Assembly: GCF_009914755.1 (NCBI RefSeq)
Contig: NC_060934.1
Reading direction: 5' to 3' (one strand)
DNA length: 64,000 bases
DNA from: the human T2T-CHM13v2.0 reference genome, Homo sapiens
Every line of letters starts with the position of its first letter. Position 1 is the stretch's first letter. Of the stretch, positions 37,270 to 56,856 are shown piece after piece. The position numbers and the translations under genes were made by a program. The notes beneath the pieces were generated by a model. It was not told the origin of the DNA and searched no databases. It worked only from the letters and a program-made list of their open reading frames with translations.

Positions 37270-37916
37270 TCAAAGTTTAAGTAAATTTTTTTAAAAGCAG
37301 AAAAAGAAATCTTTATGGCATATTTCTATTTGGTCATTTTTCTTAACTGGGACTCTGACTTAGTGCCCATAGTTTGTACTATTTTATCACAAGCAAAAAA
37401 TAAGGTATTTCTTTAGAATTTTAACCTTAAAACATGAGCCTTTATGTACATGGTTTTATATACAAAACCTTAAAACATATTATCAAAGAATAGCTTAAAC
37501 AAAACAAAAACACAAAAACATCCTCCCACACCAGAAGGCAAATTTTGCACGGTCTCAAAACCAACCAGTTACGCAGGTAGCCAATATGCTCTGAGAAGCG
37601 GGCTGGGTGCAGAAAGGGAACCTGGTATCTGTCCTCAAGGAACATGCCATTCCCCCTCCCCTCCACCAATGAATGACTAAGATAGAAAACAAAAAAGTTG
37701 ACTTTTCATTTCCTTAGTATTAATGGAATTGTTCATTTCCCCCTTGCTCAGAAATCAATACTTAATGCGAAGAAACATATGTGATAATTTCTTATGTGGC
37801 TTGGCTTATACCCAGGAGTACTTCCACTTGAAAGGTAGCACCTGTGGCAATTATACTTTCAAAACATTTTGAATTAACTTTAAAACTGGAATTGCTCAGT
37901 TAGAAACAGTCTACAC

Positions 37917-38601
<685 letters not shown>

Positions 38602-38730
38602 TAGCCAGGAGACACAAAATCACAAAATCTCCATTTCTTCCCCAGACCCTGAAAACTTGGACCTGTTTACAATATTGTTCACATGTAGACATTCGCTCCA
38701 CCTTTATTGCATGAAAAAAAATGCAGTTCT

Positions 38731-39025
38731 GGCTGGGCGCTGTGGCTCAAGCCTATAATCCCAGCACTTTGGGAGGCCGAGGCAGGCGGATCACGAGGTC
38801 AGGAGATCGAGACCATCCTGGCTAACATGGTGAAACCCCGTTTCTACTAAAAATACGAAAAATTAGCCGGGCGTGGTAGCGGGCGCCTGTGGTCCCAGCT
38901 ACTCAGGAGGCTGAGGCAGGAGAATGGTGTGAACCTGGGAGGCGGAGCTTGCAGTGTGCCAAGATCACGTCACTGCACTCCAGCCTGGGCGGTAGAGCGA
39001 AACTCCCTTTCAAAAAAAAAAAAAA
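38731..39025 (+). mobile_element. AluY-like
   Basis: TSD AAAAAAAATGCAGTTCT. Confidence 0.9.
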
Positions 39026-39217
39026 TGCAGTTCTTTCCATGTAAATTTTGGTCTGTTTGACTAAATTATCATTCCCTTGACATTTACTACAAAGGCAGAT
39101 TCACTAATACCATAAAGCATTACTTTTAAATGCCTTCATGAGGACCTACTGCCTTTTACTAATTTTTTCATTTAATACACAATAATTTCCTGACACTGTG
39201 AGAACAAAGATTCTAAT

Positions 39218-39218
<1 letters not shown>

Positions 39219-39253
<35 letters not shown>
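39219..39253. repeat. (CA)n microsatellite
   Basis: Direct observation. Confidence 0.95.
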
Positions 39254-39256
<3 letters not shown>

Positions 39257-39994
39257 ATGTATCTTTTTCTACACATAATCTCTCTTCTAATCTCATTCCT
39301 AATAAAGCAGTTAAGGCAGCTTCGGGACCTGGTAAGGTAATTCCAATCACTTTATGTTAATTGCGTTTGATCATAGATCACTTTATTTTAAAAATGAAAA
39401 CTATTCTTGTGTAGTATCCAATGGTCTGCTTTCATGTTCAATTAATTGAGACAGGAAATACAGCCTTTTATCAATAGCTGTAGGTTACCACTGCTCAAAA
39501 GAACTCTGCAAAAGATCTCAAACCTTCCTGCTGAGAGCTTTCATTACTGCCTACTGCCTTTTCTGCCCACTCCCCAACCCCCGATCTCACTTCATCACAT
39601 TGCACACAACCCATTCCTTTATTCTTGGCATTGCAGATTAGGTAAAAATATAGGAAGAGGGCTCAAGACACAGTGCTGATTAACCCTATTCACGAAACCT
39701 ACATTTCCCAGCTGCCACCAGAAAACAGTTGCTCAGAGCTGTCACCTCTGCAGAATTAATCAACATAGATGCAGAATTAATCAACATAGAACAATATCAA
39801 CACACTCTATATACTAAGCAAAAAATAATATTGTGGTACTATCTGTATGAAAAGTTGCACTCACACTCTGGTTTCTCTCTTAAATCTAAGCCCATTCTCA
39901 CACAAGGCCTGTTTCTCCAGACCTCAGGTCCTGATATCCATGTTCTATCCTTCTGGACTTACTCTTTGTTTGGATATATTTTCTGGTCCTGATT

Positions 39995-40066
39995 TATATA
40001 TATATATATATATATTTTTTTTTTTCATTGTGTATATATATATTGCGTATATATATAATATATATA
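39995..40066. repeat. (TA)n / poly(T) low-complexity tract
   Basis: Direct observation. Confidence 0.9.
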
Positions 40067-40225
40067 CTTCATTGTAATATCATACTTTATAAGCTAATTC
40101 AAATATTTTGTGGAGAGTATAAATAAAATAACCACTTTTTAATTATCTTTGTTTCTTTAATAATTATTTTTGAGAATAGATGAAATTAGAATTCTGTCCT
40201 AATTCAATAAATTTCCTCTCTATAT

Positions 40226-40830
40226 ACAAAACTGGTCCTCCGTATCTGTGGGTTCTGAGTCTGCAAGGCAGGGTCAGCCAATCTCAAATAGAAAACTTTT
40301 TTTTTTGAGATGGAGTCTTGCTCTGTCGCCCAGGCTGGAGTGCAGTGGCACAATCTCAGTCCACTGAAACCTCCACCTCCCAGGTTCAAGCAATTTTCCT
40401 GCCTCAGCCTCCTGAGTAGCTAGAGTGTGCCACCACACCTGGCTGATTTTTTTTTTTTTTTTTTTTTTAGTAGAGATGGGGTTTCACCACGTTGGCCAGG
40501 CTGGTCTCAAACTTGACCTCAGGTGATCTACCTGCCTCGGCCTCCCAAAGTGCTGGGATTACAGGCGTGAGCCACCATGCCCAGCCTAGAATATATTTTA
40601 AAACAAAAATAACAGTAACAATAATACAAATTTTAAAACTATAGTAGAACGACTATTTATATAGCATTTACATTGTATTAGGTATTATAAGTAATCTAGA
40701 GACAATTCAAAGTATATGGGAGGATGCACATAGGTTACGTCATTTTATGTAAGGGACTTGAGCATCCATGGATTTTGGTATCTGAGGGGGGTCCTAGAAC
40801 CAATCCCTTATGCAAACCTAGGAACAACTG
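40226..40830 (+). mobile_element. Tigger3-like (TcMar) DNA transposon interrupted by an antisense Alu (40276-40586)
   Basis: CCTCCGTATCTGTGGGTTC near the start; GCATTTACATTGTATTAGGTATTATAAGTAATCTAGAG and AAGGGACTTGAGCATCC internally; ends CAACTG-TA. Confidence 0.75.
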
Positions 40831-41033
40831 TATAGGGCTAACTCTGTGACTGTGTGTGAGAAAGAAGGTGTGTGAGTGAAACAATTCTTCCAGTATGTTG
40901 TCAAGTAGGCACTATAGGGGCAGTAAAAGCCTCAGCATCCTGAGGACAAGTATAAGGATGCCACCCAGAAATAGTGAAGATTCCCTGAAATTATCCTGAC
41001 ATGATTCCAGCACTTCTTCCTGGAGCAGCCTGA

Positions 41034-41372
<339 letters not shown>

Positions 41373-41438
41373 TTTAAAAAGGGGCTGCAGTATCCTTTGG
41401 GAAGCACCAGCTTTTGGGCCATGCCATGTCCTTATGGT

Positions 41439-41752
41439 AGGGGTCACACAAACTCAAATGACCATAGGGTCAGACAGGTAGTGCAAATGTCAAGCCACAT
41501 TTGGGTTAGCAGGCAGGCAGTAACACACTGGAGTAAACTACTTCTCAGCTCCAGCAAGTAGTTACCACTTGCCTAAGTATTGTCAGACTTTTTCCATTTT
41601 TCAAGAGTGGCTAGAAATTCAGATTTTTAAGTGAAACTTCAATATTCTAAAATAGGAACTAATTCAAATGTTAAAAGTCACTATACAGGCTAAATAAAAT
41701 TATCTGCGGACCAGATCTATGCCATGGGCCCCACCCAGTCCATGATCTTTGG
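41439..41752. mobile_element. MER102-like hAT-Charlie remnant
   Basis: AAACTCAAATG..., CTAGAAATTCAGATTTTTAAGTGAAA and ATCTGCGGACCAGAT motifs. Confidence 0.5.
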
Positions 41753-42127
41753 CTTGAAGAGTTTAGTTACCACACAGCTTACAGTGATGGAATGTTTTGT
41801 TCCATTAGCACATATGAGAGAAAATACAAAAATCATTTTTCTTTAGTTTCTCTCTAAAGCACGTATTCCTATGGAAGCTCTCCTGAGGACTACTTTTGGC
41901 TGAATTACATATCTTCTAAATTCTTATCTTCTGTTTCATATAACTGCTTATCTCCAAAGGCAAAATCTTTTTAGGAATAAAGACAAAAACCAAACACAGT
42001 GCTGAGTGGTATAAATATAATAATTTATACCATATAGTGACTTTAACATCAGCCTTCAAGAAATCTAAAAGAACTTAACATTAATAATATCAACAGTTAG
42101 TAGTGAAATCACTAATATTCCTTTTCA

Positions 42128-42700
<573 letters not shown>

Positions 42701-42727
42701 AATAATTCTGCCCTACTATACCTTACT

Positions 42728-45299
<2,572 letters not shown>

Positions 45300-45855
45300 A
45301 AGAACAGTTTTTAACACAAACCTCAAGACTTCAAATTTCTCAACATAACCACATATCCCTACAGCTAGAGTTCTCTCAGTTACAATTTAGTATTTAGATA
45401 TTCATCTACCTATACATATCGTCAAGCTCATTTTTAACATCTCACTCTGTATGGTCCCTTCTTTAGGTTACAACACCCATCACATGAACATCCTACTGCA
45501 TAGGATTTCATTTTCATCTGTTCATCTCAAGGCAGTTCCAAATGGCAAACCATTCGGTGTCAACAGTGCAATCAGGTGGCCAGCTCGGGAAACCATCTGA
45601 CCAAAGACCCCCTCAAAGCCGTATGTTCTTTTTCCCAAAAAGGACCTGGTTCAGAGCTCAGCTACTTCCCCCATACTCTGATTTCTTTTTTCCTTTTCCT
45701 CTTTTCAGTACCGTTCAAACTCAAGCTCTTTAGGAAAAAAGTCTCCATTTTTCTCTCCCCAATCCTACAATCCTTTTAGTCTACATAAATTGGAAAAACA
45801 ATACTGCAGAACCATCAGGACTGCTCTCCCCAACAAGAAGCAGCACCCCAGCTCA

Positions 45856-46471
<616 letters not shown>

Positions 46472-48787
46472 TCAACGTAATTTTGACCACATAGCTCCCT
46501 AACAAATAGGTCAGCCAGTTTCAGGAGTTTAGATGCTATCTATTATTCTCAAGTGCTGAAGAGGAAGAGATGCCTTCCCTGCATCTTCTGGGGGTAGTGG
46601 AGAGAAAGGAGTCTTTAGCCTTAGTAAGACTATATCCTGGGTAGCTCTGGGGGCTTCAGTCAGACCTCCGTCAGGCCTCAAGGCAAAAAGCTGTAACTCT
46701 CACATTCAGACTATTCCTCCCATTCCCTAGATACAAGTAGTCTCCAAGTAGAAATAGAAAATCTTCATCAAAATAGCCAGGATTCTTCCTAGACAGGGAG
46801 CCAAAAGTAACCCTAGGAAATTCTTTCACATCCTCCTTGGATGCTCCAAGTCCACCCTCAGGTTTAGGAAACAGTCCAGGTACAAAAAGGAAACTCCTGC
46901 CCCCATCACCAGGCTGCAGAGCCTATTATCTGATGCAAGGAAGCTACAGGCTTTACAACTCCTTTGGGAACTTCAGTTACTGATGAACAATTCGAACAAT
47001 TCGGTATACTGTTTCATAAGGGCACTCAGTGCAGAAATACAGCATGCATAAACTGCCCCATGAAAATGGTTATGTATATCTTTGCACTATATTTGATTTA
47101 ATAAAGCCATTATCAATTAAATATTATGCTCAGAAGACTCAAGTCAACACCTCTCTAAAGGCTTTTCTGACTGCCTCAGAAACATCTGCGTACTCTGCCC
47201 TTTGAGCGCTCTCCCCGTCACAACTACTCCCTCTAATACTTCTATCCAGCTATTTTAACTTTCAGGTTTTCAGAGCATCTGTGGCTCCTTAGGTCATTTA
47301 CTGGTCATATGTCTATTTCCCTCTATTGGACTCTAAGATCCTCTAAGGCTGAAACCATATATTTGTGTGGATCCCAACTGCCCAGCACAGTGCCTAACCA
47401 TTAGTGAGTGCTCTGTGCACGTTTGGTGTGTAAACAAATGTTTTCCTGAGGTGCTGACACTGGTGTCACAAAACATGTCCAGCAGCTGCTCTTCTACAGC
47501 TCCCAGATCACTCTCCTCACTCCACTGAAAGTTACCTTCCAGGGGTAGGAAAATAGGGTATATTTTGGTCACCAGTGGATGCCCAAGGTCTTGGGCTTAA
47601 TGATTGCAAATTTCTGATGCCACTAGGTGAGACCCACTCAATGATCAGAATTATCTAGTGTTCATCATGACTGTTGATGCTGCTTCGTCACTCAGAAAGC
47701 ATAAACATAATAGCTGATTCCCTTTTGAAAGAAAAAGCACTTTTGAGCACTTATATTGCACTACTGTGCTAGGCATTTTACAGTCACACTTAAACAGCAC
47801 CACACCATATGCTCTAAAAATTATCCCTACTTTAGAGCTAAGGAAGCTAAGGATCAGAAGAGTGAAGTCATCTTGGAACTGAACTCCAGGTTTATAAAAC
47901 AGTCTACACGTACTCTTTCTACTACAATCATGTTGTGTGCCTACAAGGCTCCCTGTCCTCCAGGCTACTGGCCACCAGTCACAGCTTCCAGATAGGCTCC
48001 TGAACAAGTCAACATGAATTTTTACTAGTGAGTGACTAACCACTCTTTTTTCTCCACTCTTTATGCCTGTTTGCAATGCATCAAGAAATGACCAATGGAC
48101 ATTTGTTGGACCTACTAACAAAACTAGCAGTTAGCAAAGCTTGAGAAAAATGAGTTAGCAGTGAAACTAGCACTGTATCCAGCTATTTTAACTTTCAGGT
48201 TCACAGTCTCAGGCAATCTTGTACTCCAGCCAGACAACTTTGTCCAATGTCTATATAAATGTGAACTTTCAGCTCCATGGTACTAGGACAAGGATGTTGT
48301 TACTGGCATGCTGATTACTAAAACTCTTGAGAGGAATGTACACATAAAAGTTCAGGTTACCTAAGTTTTTCCTGGGAAGATGCCTATTCTTTGAATGAGC
48401 TTCATGGAATACTAATTCCACAGGAATCTGCACGAGTATCATCCCCAAAGCAGGAATGTAAAATGCTGGATTAAACAATTTTACACAAATGTATATATTG
48501 TAAGACTTCTCAGAACCTTAATATATCAATGTTTCTCAAATGATTTTGGCTAAGGAAACTTTAATTAAAAGACAAAATGGATATACAATGCACAAAGTAA
48601 GTGCTCAAAAAATGACACCTATTACCATTATGAGGAAACCTTTTGTCGAAGATCCTCTCAAGAGATTAGTCTTTGATGGGACAAGTATTCTTCAGAACAC
48701 ACTCTGGAAAACACTGAACATTATCCCTTAAGGGGTGGCGTTGGCTATTTTGTCCACTAGCTACCATTTAGTACAATGGAAATGCAA

Positions 48788-49093
48788 CTTTTTTTTTTTT
48801 TTTTTTTTTGAGATGGAGTCTTATTCTGTCACCCAGGCTGGAGTGCAGTGGCTGGCACGATCTCGGCTCACTGCAAGCCCCACCTCCCAGGTTCACACCA
48901 TTCTCCTGCCTCAGCCTCCTGAGTAGCTGGGACTACAGGCACCTGCCACCACGCCCAGCTAATTTTTTTGTATTTCTAGTAGAGACGGGGTTTCACCGTG
49001 TTAGCCAGGACGGTCTCAATCTCCTGACCTCATAATCCGCCCGCCTTGGCTCCCAAAATGCTGGGATTATAGTCGTGAGGCACCACGCCCGGC
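48788..49093 (-). mobile_element. AluY-like
   Basis: TSD GGAAATGCAAC. Confidence 0.9.
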
Positions 49094-49303
49094 TGGAAAT
49101 GCAACGTTTTTTAGACCTCCCTGAAAAGAAAATACAGCTTCCAAAGATTCAAGCACTAAGAAATTCTGGACCAATTTGCAGATTCAGACACCCAGGGCAA
49201 AAAAAAAATCAAATGTATAATGAATAGGAGATATGTCTCTCACTTTGGAAAAGAAATTCCTTCTTTGAAGAAATTCCTATGATGGAAGGTGTCCGAACCA
49301 TGA

Positions 49304-49473
49304 TTTCTTTTCTTTTCTTTTTTTTAGAGAGACAGGGGTCTCGCTGTTGCCTATGCTGGAGTGCACTGGTGTGATCACAGCTCACTGCAGCCTCGGACTC
49401 CTGACCTCAAGCAATCCTCCTGCCTCAGCCTCCCAAAATGCTGAGATTACAGGCAAGAGCCACCGTGCCCAGC
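49304..49473 (-). mobile_element. Monomer-length Alu (FRAM/FAM or arm-recombined)
   Basis: Antisense; degenerate TSD AACCA(TG/CA)ATTT. Confidence 0.8.
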
Positions 49474-50093
49474 CCCAAACCACAATTTAGACCAAGAATT
49501 CAAGAAACAAATAAATAAATCAAGATCAGAAATGCTAAAGATTTCCGAGGTGGGATATGACACACATGCTGATATGGCTTAGCCGTGAATTCTAAGATGT
49601 GGACATACAAAACCAGATTCGAATGGGCCAAGATAAAATTATAGTTATGTGTTAAGAGGTACTAAGCAAAGAATGAAATACCTGTAGTAAACACATCACA
49701 AATGAAGGACTGAGACAATCAAGGTGTTCTATAACTTAGTCTCTATCTATTTTGCCCAATTTAATTTCTCTCTATTCCCTTTCACATATTTGTGCTCCAT
49801 CTAACCAACCTAAATATTCTCCATTCATGTCACACCATTTCCCATTTTTGTGTTCATGTTTTTGCCTTTCTCTGAAATTTTTATTCCCTATACTTTCACC
49901 CTTCTCTTGGCCAACTCCACATTCTCCTCATCCTTCAAGCCTAATTCAAATGACACTTCATCCAGGAAGTTTTCTTTCATCATTCTAGGTATAGATGAAC
50001 TCTCCAAAGTACATAATCTGTATCTTATTCTTTTGTTTTATCTTTGTTACTTTGGCAAATATTTGGGAACCTTTTATGTGCTAGGTTCTATAG

Positions 50094-50747
<654 letters not shown>

Positions 50748-50914
50748 TGACCACGGCAGGTACTCAAACATGGTCTGAAGGAAGGCACACCATTTTAAAA
50801 AGATGGCTCTAGATAGGGATGGAGATAGCTACGATAATAGGTAACATTCACGATACATGATGTGGTGATCAGGGAAGGATTCATGAAAGAGATGGCATTT
50901 GTAAGGAGTCTTTA

Positions 50915-51466
<552 letters not shown>

Positions 51467-53667
51467 CTACAGATCCCACTCATATACAAACAGGGGGAGG
51501 AGGAAACACCAGAATGACAGACACATGGGACAGAATTAAAAACTGAAGAATTAAATTGGCCTTTATTTCCAGATTCCTTATTCTTACCATTCTTTTCGAT
51601 TTTCATTTTTCAAGTTTTAAGTGGATGACCACATTACCTGAGCAATAACGTAAAGAATGGATCCCCACATAAGCATACTTTAGTTTGGTAATATGGTTTT
51701 TAAATTTATAGCAAAATCACTCTGTTGTATTTCAGGATATAGAGAAATTGTAGTCGTGCTATAAATAAATCATAAGGAGCAGGAAGCAGGAAACTCCTCT
51801 GATAATCCTTTCAAGGTGTTTGCTATCCCACATCTCTGGCCAACATGTTCTAGAACCTTAAATAGCTCCTTCTCCACCTTCTTTTCAAGATTACTCTTTT
51901 TCAGCCCCTATCTCTGCTAGACCTTCTAGGTCCCTTGCTCTATTAGCTTGCTGTCTTGAACCTTCAGGTTCAATCTATTAATATAGTCAAAAAATAGAGT
52001 CACTTTGATGAGAGGGACCACTGTGCACAATGTCTGCCTGCTTCACTGGAACCCTTGCACATGGACACAGCTGTCTTCTGATATGCCTGGGATACCTGAG
52101 CTATGAAACTCCTCTTACTGGAGAAGGAAAAAAAAAATCATAGATCTAGAAGCTCCTCAATACCTCCTCTTGCTCTTGCCAATTTGTCTTCCCATTCTTT
52201 GGAACTGAGGAAGTCAACTAATTAGGCCATAAATACAGTTCCTTCTGCAATCTTTCAGGACCAGACCTATACACAGAATAGTCTGAGTTGAGTAATTTAA
52301 TAAGAAGTAGTCACTGATGAAAAATATCTCCCTAACACAACCTGAAATCCACAAATTTGGAATTCATTTGAGTTAAAAAAAGCAAGTATGATCCTGGACA
52401 AGATGGGTGAAAGGAGACCTCACTATCAGGTTCTGCATTAGAAAAACAATCTGATTAATCTGTTCCAAAGGGAACAGGAGTTTGAGGGGAAACGATGAGA
52501 AAGAAAGATAAAGGGTAGAAAATCTGCAAGGTCATTTTAGAACATGGTGTATTTCCAAGAAGAAATCCAGGGAGGGTCAGAAAAAATGAAACAACAGAAC
52601 AAGGGCACTGGGATCCTGAAAGGTAGAAAATAAAGGCTAGCCAAGCCAAAAGCTGGGAGCAAGGAAGCACCATGGCTCAAAAAAAGTTTGGTGAGTGAGC
52701 ACCAAAGGTTGACTTTGCCTTGAGCTACTGCCAAGGTCCTCATTTACTTCCAAAGGTTCAACACAGTTCTTACTTTTTTTCCCCTCATGGGAGCATGCAC
52801 AATGAGGTGGAATGTACCAGAACCTAGGTAGGGACATATGCATAAATGAGGCAGGGGGTGGTGGTGGGGTGGTAGATGTGGAGCTAAAACCAAGTAAGAG
52901 AAGTTTTCAAAAATAGAGCCAAAAGAGTAGAACCCAAAATAGGATCCAGTTCATTAAAATTGCAGGTGTTTGGGGACTTTTAAGTTTCCTATCCTAAGTT
53001 TTACTAAAACTGTTTATGCTGGAAATTCTGAGTATGCCTGGGTCAAAGAAATGTGTGATTGGCAGTCGCCATTCAGAATTCACCAAGCTACAATAAAACT
53101 GCTGCACTTGAGCTCAGAAAATGAAAACTGTAATAAGGCAGAATTTGCCAAAACACAAACAGTGAAAGCTAGTTTCCCCATAAACATTTCCAAAACAGAT
53201 TAATTCTACTAATTATTTTCAAAAGTCCTTCAATCCAAGGATAATACATGTGTTTCTACTGAAAACACTCAAGAGTAATGGCATTGTCACCACAACACCT
53301 CCATCTGACCCCTACTGCTGCTCACTCCCTGCTCAAGAGACATCCTGTCCAGCTGAAGGCTTGTCCCACAAGGCATATTATTCTCCTTCCCTACAGAGCC
53401 AGTGACACGATTCTTCCAAAGTATATAAACTCTGCGTGTTCATCTCTAGCTTCTTAACCTGCATGGACATAACTATTTCAACATGTACTACTATCCCTCT
53501 GCCTTTTTATGTAGAAAAATTTATTTCTAATCCTCTCCTACAGTGTGTGACCTTAAACCTTCCCAGCTCACTCCAGCTTCTCTCCAACTGGCATGCCAGT
53601 AGCAGAGGCTCTCTGGAGGTTGAGAATTTACCTCTCAGATATCTGATCCTACCAAATTGGGTACAGA

Positions 53668-53962
<295 letters not shown>

Positions 53963-55486
53963 AGGTACAGATTTTTTGTGTGTGTGGAGGGGGACTTGTT
54001 TCTTCTTTGGGTACAGACTTTCCAAACTCATACTACTCCAAAATTTGGCAACAGCCTCCAAATTTGAAAATTACAGTGGCACTTTTATACTGGCTAAAAT
54101 CCTTGCCTCTTTTTCCACATCATTTGCTTACTCTCCAATGAATACTCTCAATATCCCCATTCTTTAGTAGTTCTTTCTTCTGCTTTAAGTGCTGCACTCT
54201 CCCCTTTATAGGTGGCCAAGTCTCAACATCATTTTTTAGCAAACAGTTGTAAACCCTGTTAAAGATGTCATCATCCTTCTCAACAGATATTGCCATATAG
54301 CTGAGTTCTAATCTTGCTCTATTGAATCCTATGTAGGACTGACAACATTAGCCAGTTAAATTTGTACAAGTATCTGACCTCTACCAAATGCTTTCACATT
54401 CATTTTCCTCTTATCTGAGCCTCTCAACAACCCAGGGAAGAATGATTATTCTTCCCATCTTCCAGGTGAGGAAACCACAGTTCAGCAAGGATTAGATGAT
54501 TTATTCAAAGCCAAGCAGATATTTAAATACAAGAGTCAACACTCAAACTTCTATATTCAATCCAACTATTTCCCCATGCACATTTCTGAAAATAAACCTA
54601 GCTGCTAAGTAGGCCCTACATTTCCAGTGCTAGTCATACAAAGGCCGCTGCAGGCCCTGTGGTATATACAGCTCTGGTCTCTTGCCCACTCTGTGTCATA
54701 TTTTTACTCTATTTGCCACATCTAGCACCAAGCCTTGACACACAAACTCACCTCACCCTACCCCTGCCAACTTCCCACAGATCCCTACTTCTGTCACATA
54801 AATGAAGTTCGTTTATTCTGCTCTGAACATGATCTTGCCCCTTCTCCACTGATAGCTCTTCTGCCAGAGGAAGGACACAATCTTCCTCCCTTATCCAGTG
54901 ACTTACTCATTCATACTCTGGCTCAGAAGCCACAAACTCTTAACCACAAACTCTGTATTATGGTTTTAGCTCCACGTTCTCTGCCCTTCTCCTCTCCTGC
55001 TCTGTTGAAACTATCCATTTTAGAGTGTAAGCTCCTGACCCAGAAGGCTCTATTTAACTAGCTGTGGGTACCACCCAGCACAATGCCTTGCATTCAGAGG
55101 CACATAAACATCAACAATTATGACCTTTTTCAAAAATAAATAACTCCGTTCTTGATCTGAAATAATGACGGAAACCAGCTGCCAAAACCGCTAAGAGCAT
55201 TATTTACCTCGATTCAGAATTTCTGAATAGGAATTAGCTTAAAAGAGCTGTAAGTGAAAGACAAGGACATATTTGTTTACACACAGTCCCAAAGGTATAA
55301 AATGAATACTGAGTAATTTGTTGTTAGTTTCCCATCACCAACGAAAGTCCAACTCTACTGCATAGCAAGGCCAAGCTGGGTAAGAGGATCCTAGTTACCA
55401 GCATTTCCATTATCAGAAAGAGGAGGTCAGCTATTCCAATAGCATATGTGCTCTGGAAAAGCAACAGCTGGCCATGTATTACTTAC

Positions 55487-55605
55487 TGGCTTGTCCTTGA
55501 TGGTGGGGCTTGACACACACAGGTAGAGTTTCCCATCTTCTTCTAGGCAGGCATCTATCAAAGCTTGTACTGAGCTTTCCTCTTGGAACAGCAGAAAGGC
55601 ATAGC
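55487..55605 (-). CDS. CPEB3: CPEB3 coding exon, 119 nt: (G)YAFLLFQEESSVQALIDACLEEDGKLYLCVSSPTIKDKP, RRM1 RNP1 region
   Basis: Polypyrimidine tract plus AAG acceptor (55608-55606); GTAAGT donor (55486-55481); starts in phase 1, ends in phase 0; lies within ORF 55427..55690. Confidence 0.95.
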
Positions 55606-55974
55606 CTTGGGGAGAGCAAAAACAAAAGGGTAGAGGAAGAATCAGTACATTAAACTCAAAGTACCAATTACAAATTATCTGTTGTTTCATTTTGGCAAAT
55701 TCTTACTAAAATCTAAGAAATTCAAGTGGGACAAAGGGACTTTGTCCAGGAACTAAGTTAGGTGCTCATTGATATTACCTTGTTTAATTTTTACAATTAC
55801 TCACAGAAGCAAGTTTAGAACACATCTATGGAATTTCCACTAAATACATCTGGTTATCCTTAATGAGGGCAAGTGGACTCACCATTGGCCTTAGCCACAA
55901 CTAACAAGTAGCCAGGAAACAAGCACCACCTGCTTTCCAATTTCTACAAAGCTCTAGGCTGGCCACATGCCACA

Positions 55975-56248
55975 GGGATAAACCTTGAAAATATTATGCT
56001 AAGTGAAAGAAGCCAGACAAAATATGTCCAGAACCAGCAAATCTATCAAGACAAAAAATAGATTAGTGGCTGCCTAGGATGGGGAAGCTGGAGGGAATAG
56101 GCACTGAGTTTCTTTTTGGGATGATAAATTTTCTAAAATTGATTGTGCTGATGATTGCACAACTCTGTAAACATGCTGAAAACCACTGACATGCACATGT
56201 CACATTGGTGAGTTGTATGGTATGTGAATGATATTTTAACAAAGCTTT
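55975..56248 (+). mobile_element. L1MB/ME 3' end fragment
   Basis: AACCTTGAAAATATTATGCTAAGTGAAAGAAGCCAGAC; AGATTAGTGGCTGCCTAGG; TTCTAAAATTGATTGTG. Confidence 0.75.
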
Positions 56249-56517
56249 GTTGACACACAAACACACACACACAAAAAGCTTCAAAAAAGTTTTTAAAAAG
56301 GCCAACAATAAGCTGGTGTGCTTTTGCCTGCTATTTCTGATGATGGTGCTCTGCTTCTCTAAGAGATACCCTCTTGGCAGAGTACAGTAGGTCTAGAAAA
56401 ATGGACATTAGCTGCAGGATTTCCATAGACACAGCCAGTTTTTTTCAGTTTAATTCCATAAGATTTACCGAGTAACTGATACAAGTGGGACATATCCATG
56501 GTTTATGAGAATACTAA

Positions 56518-56856
<339 letters not shown>

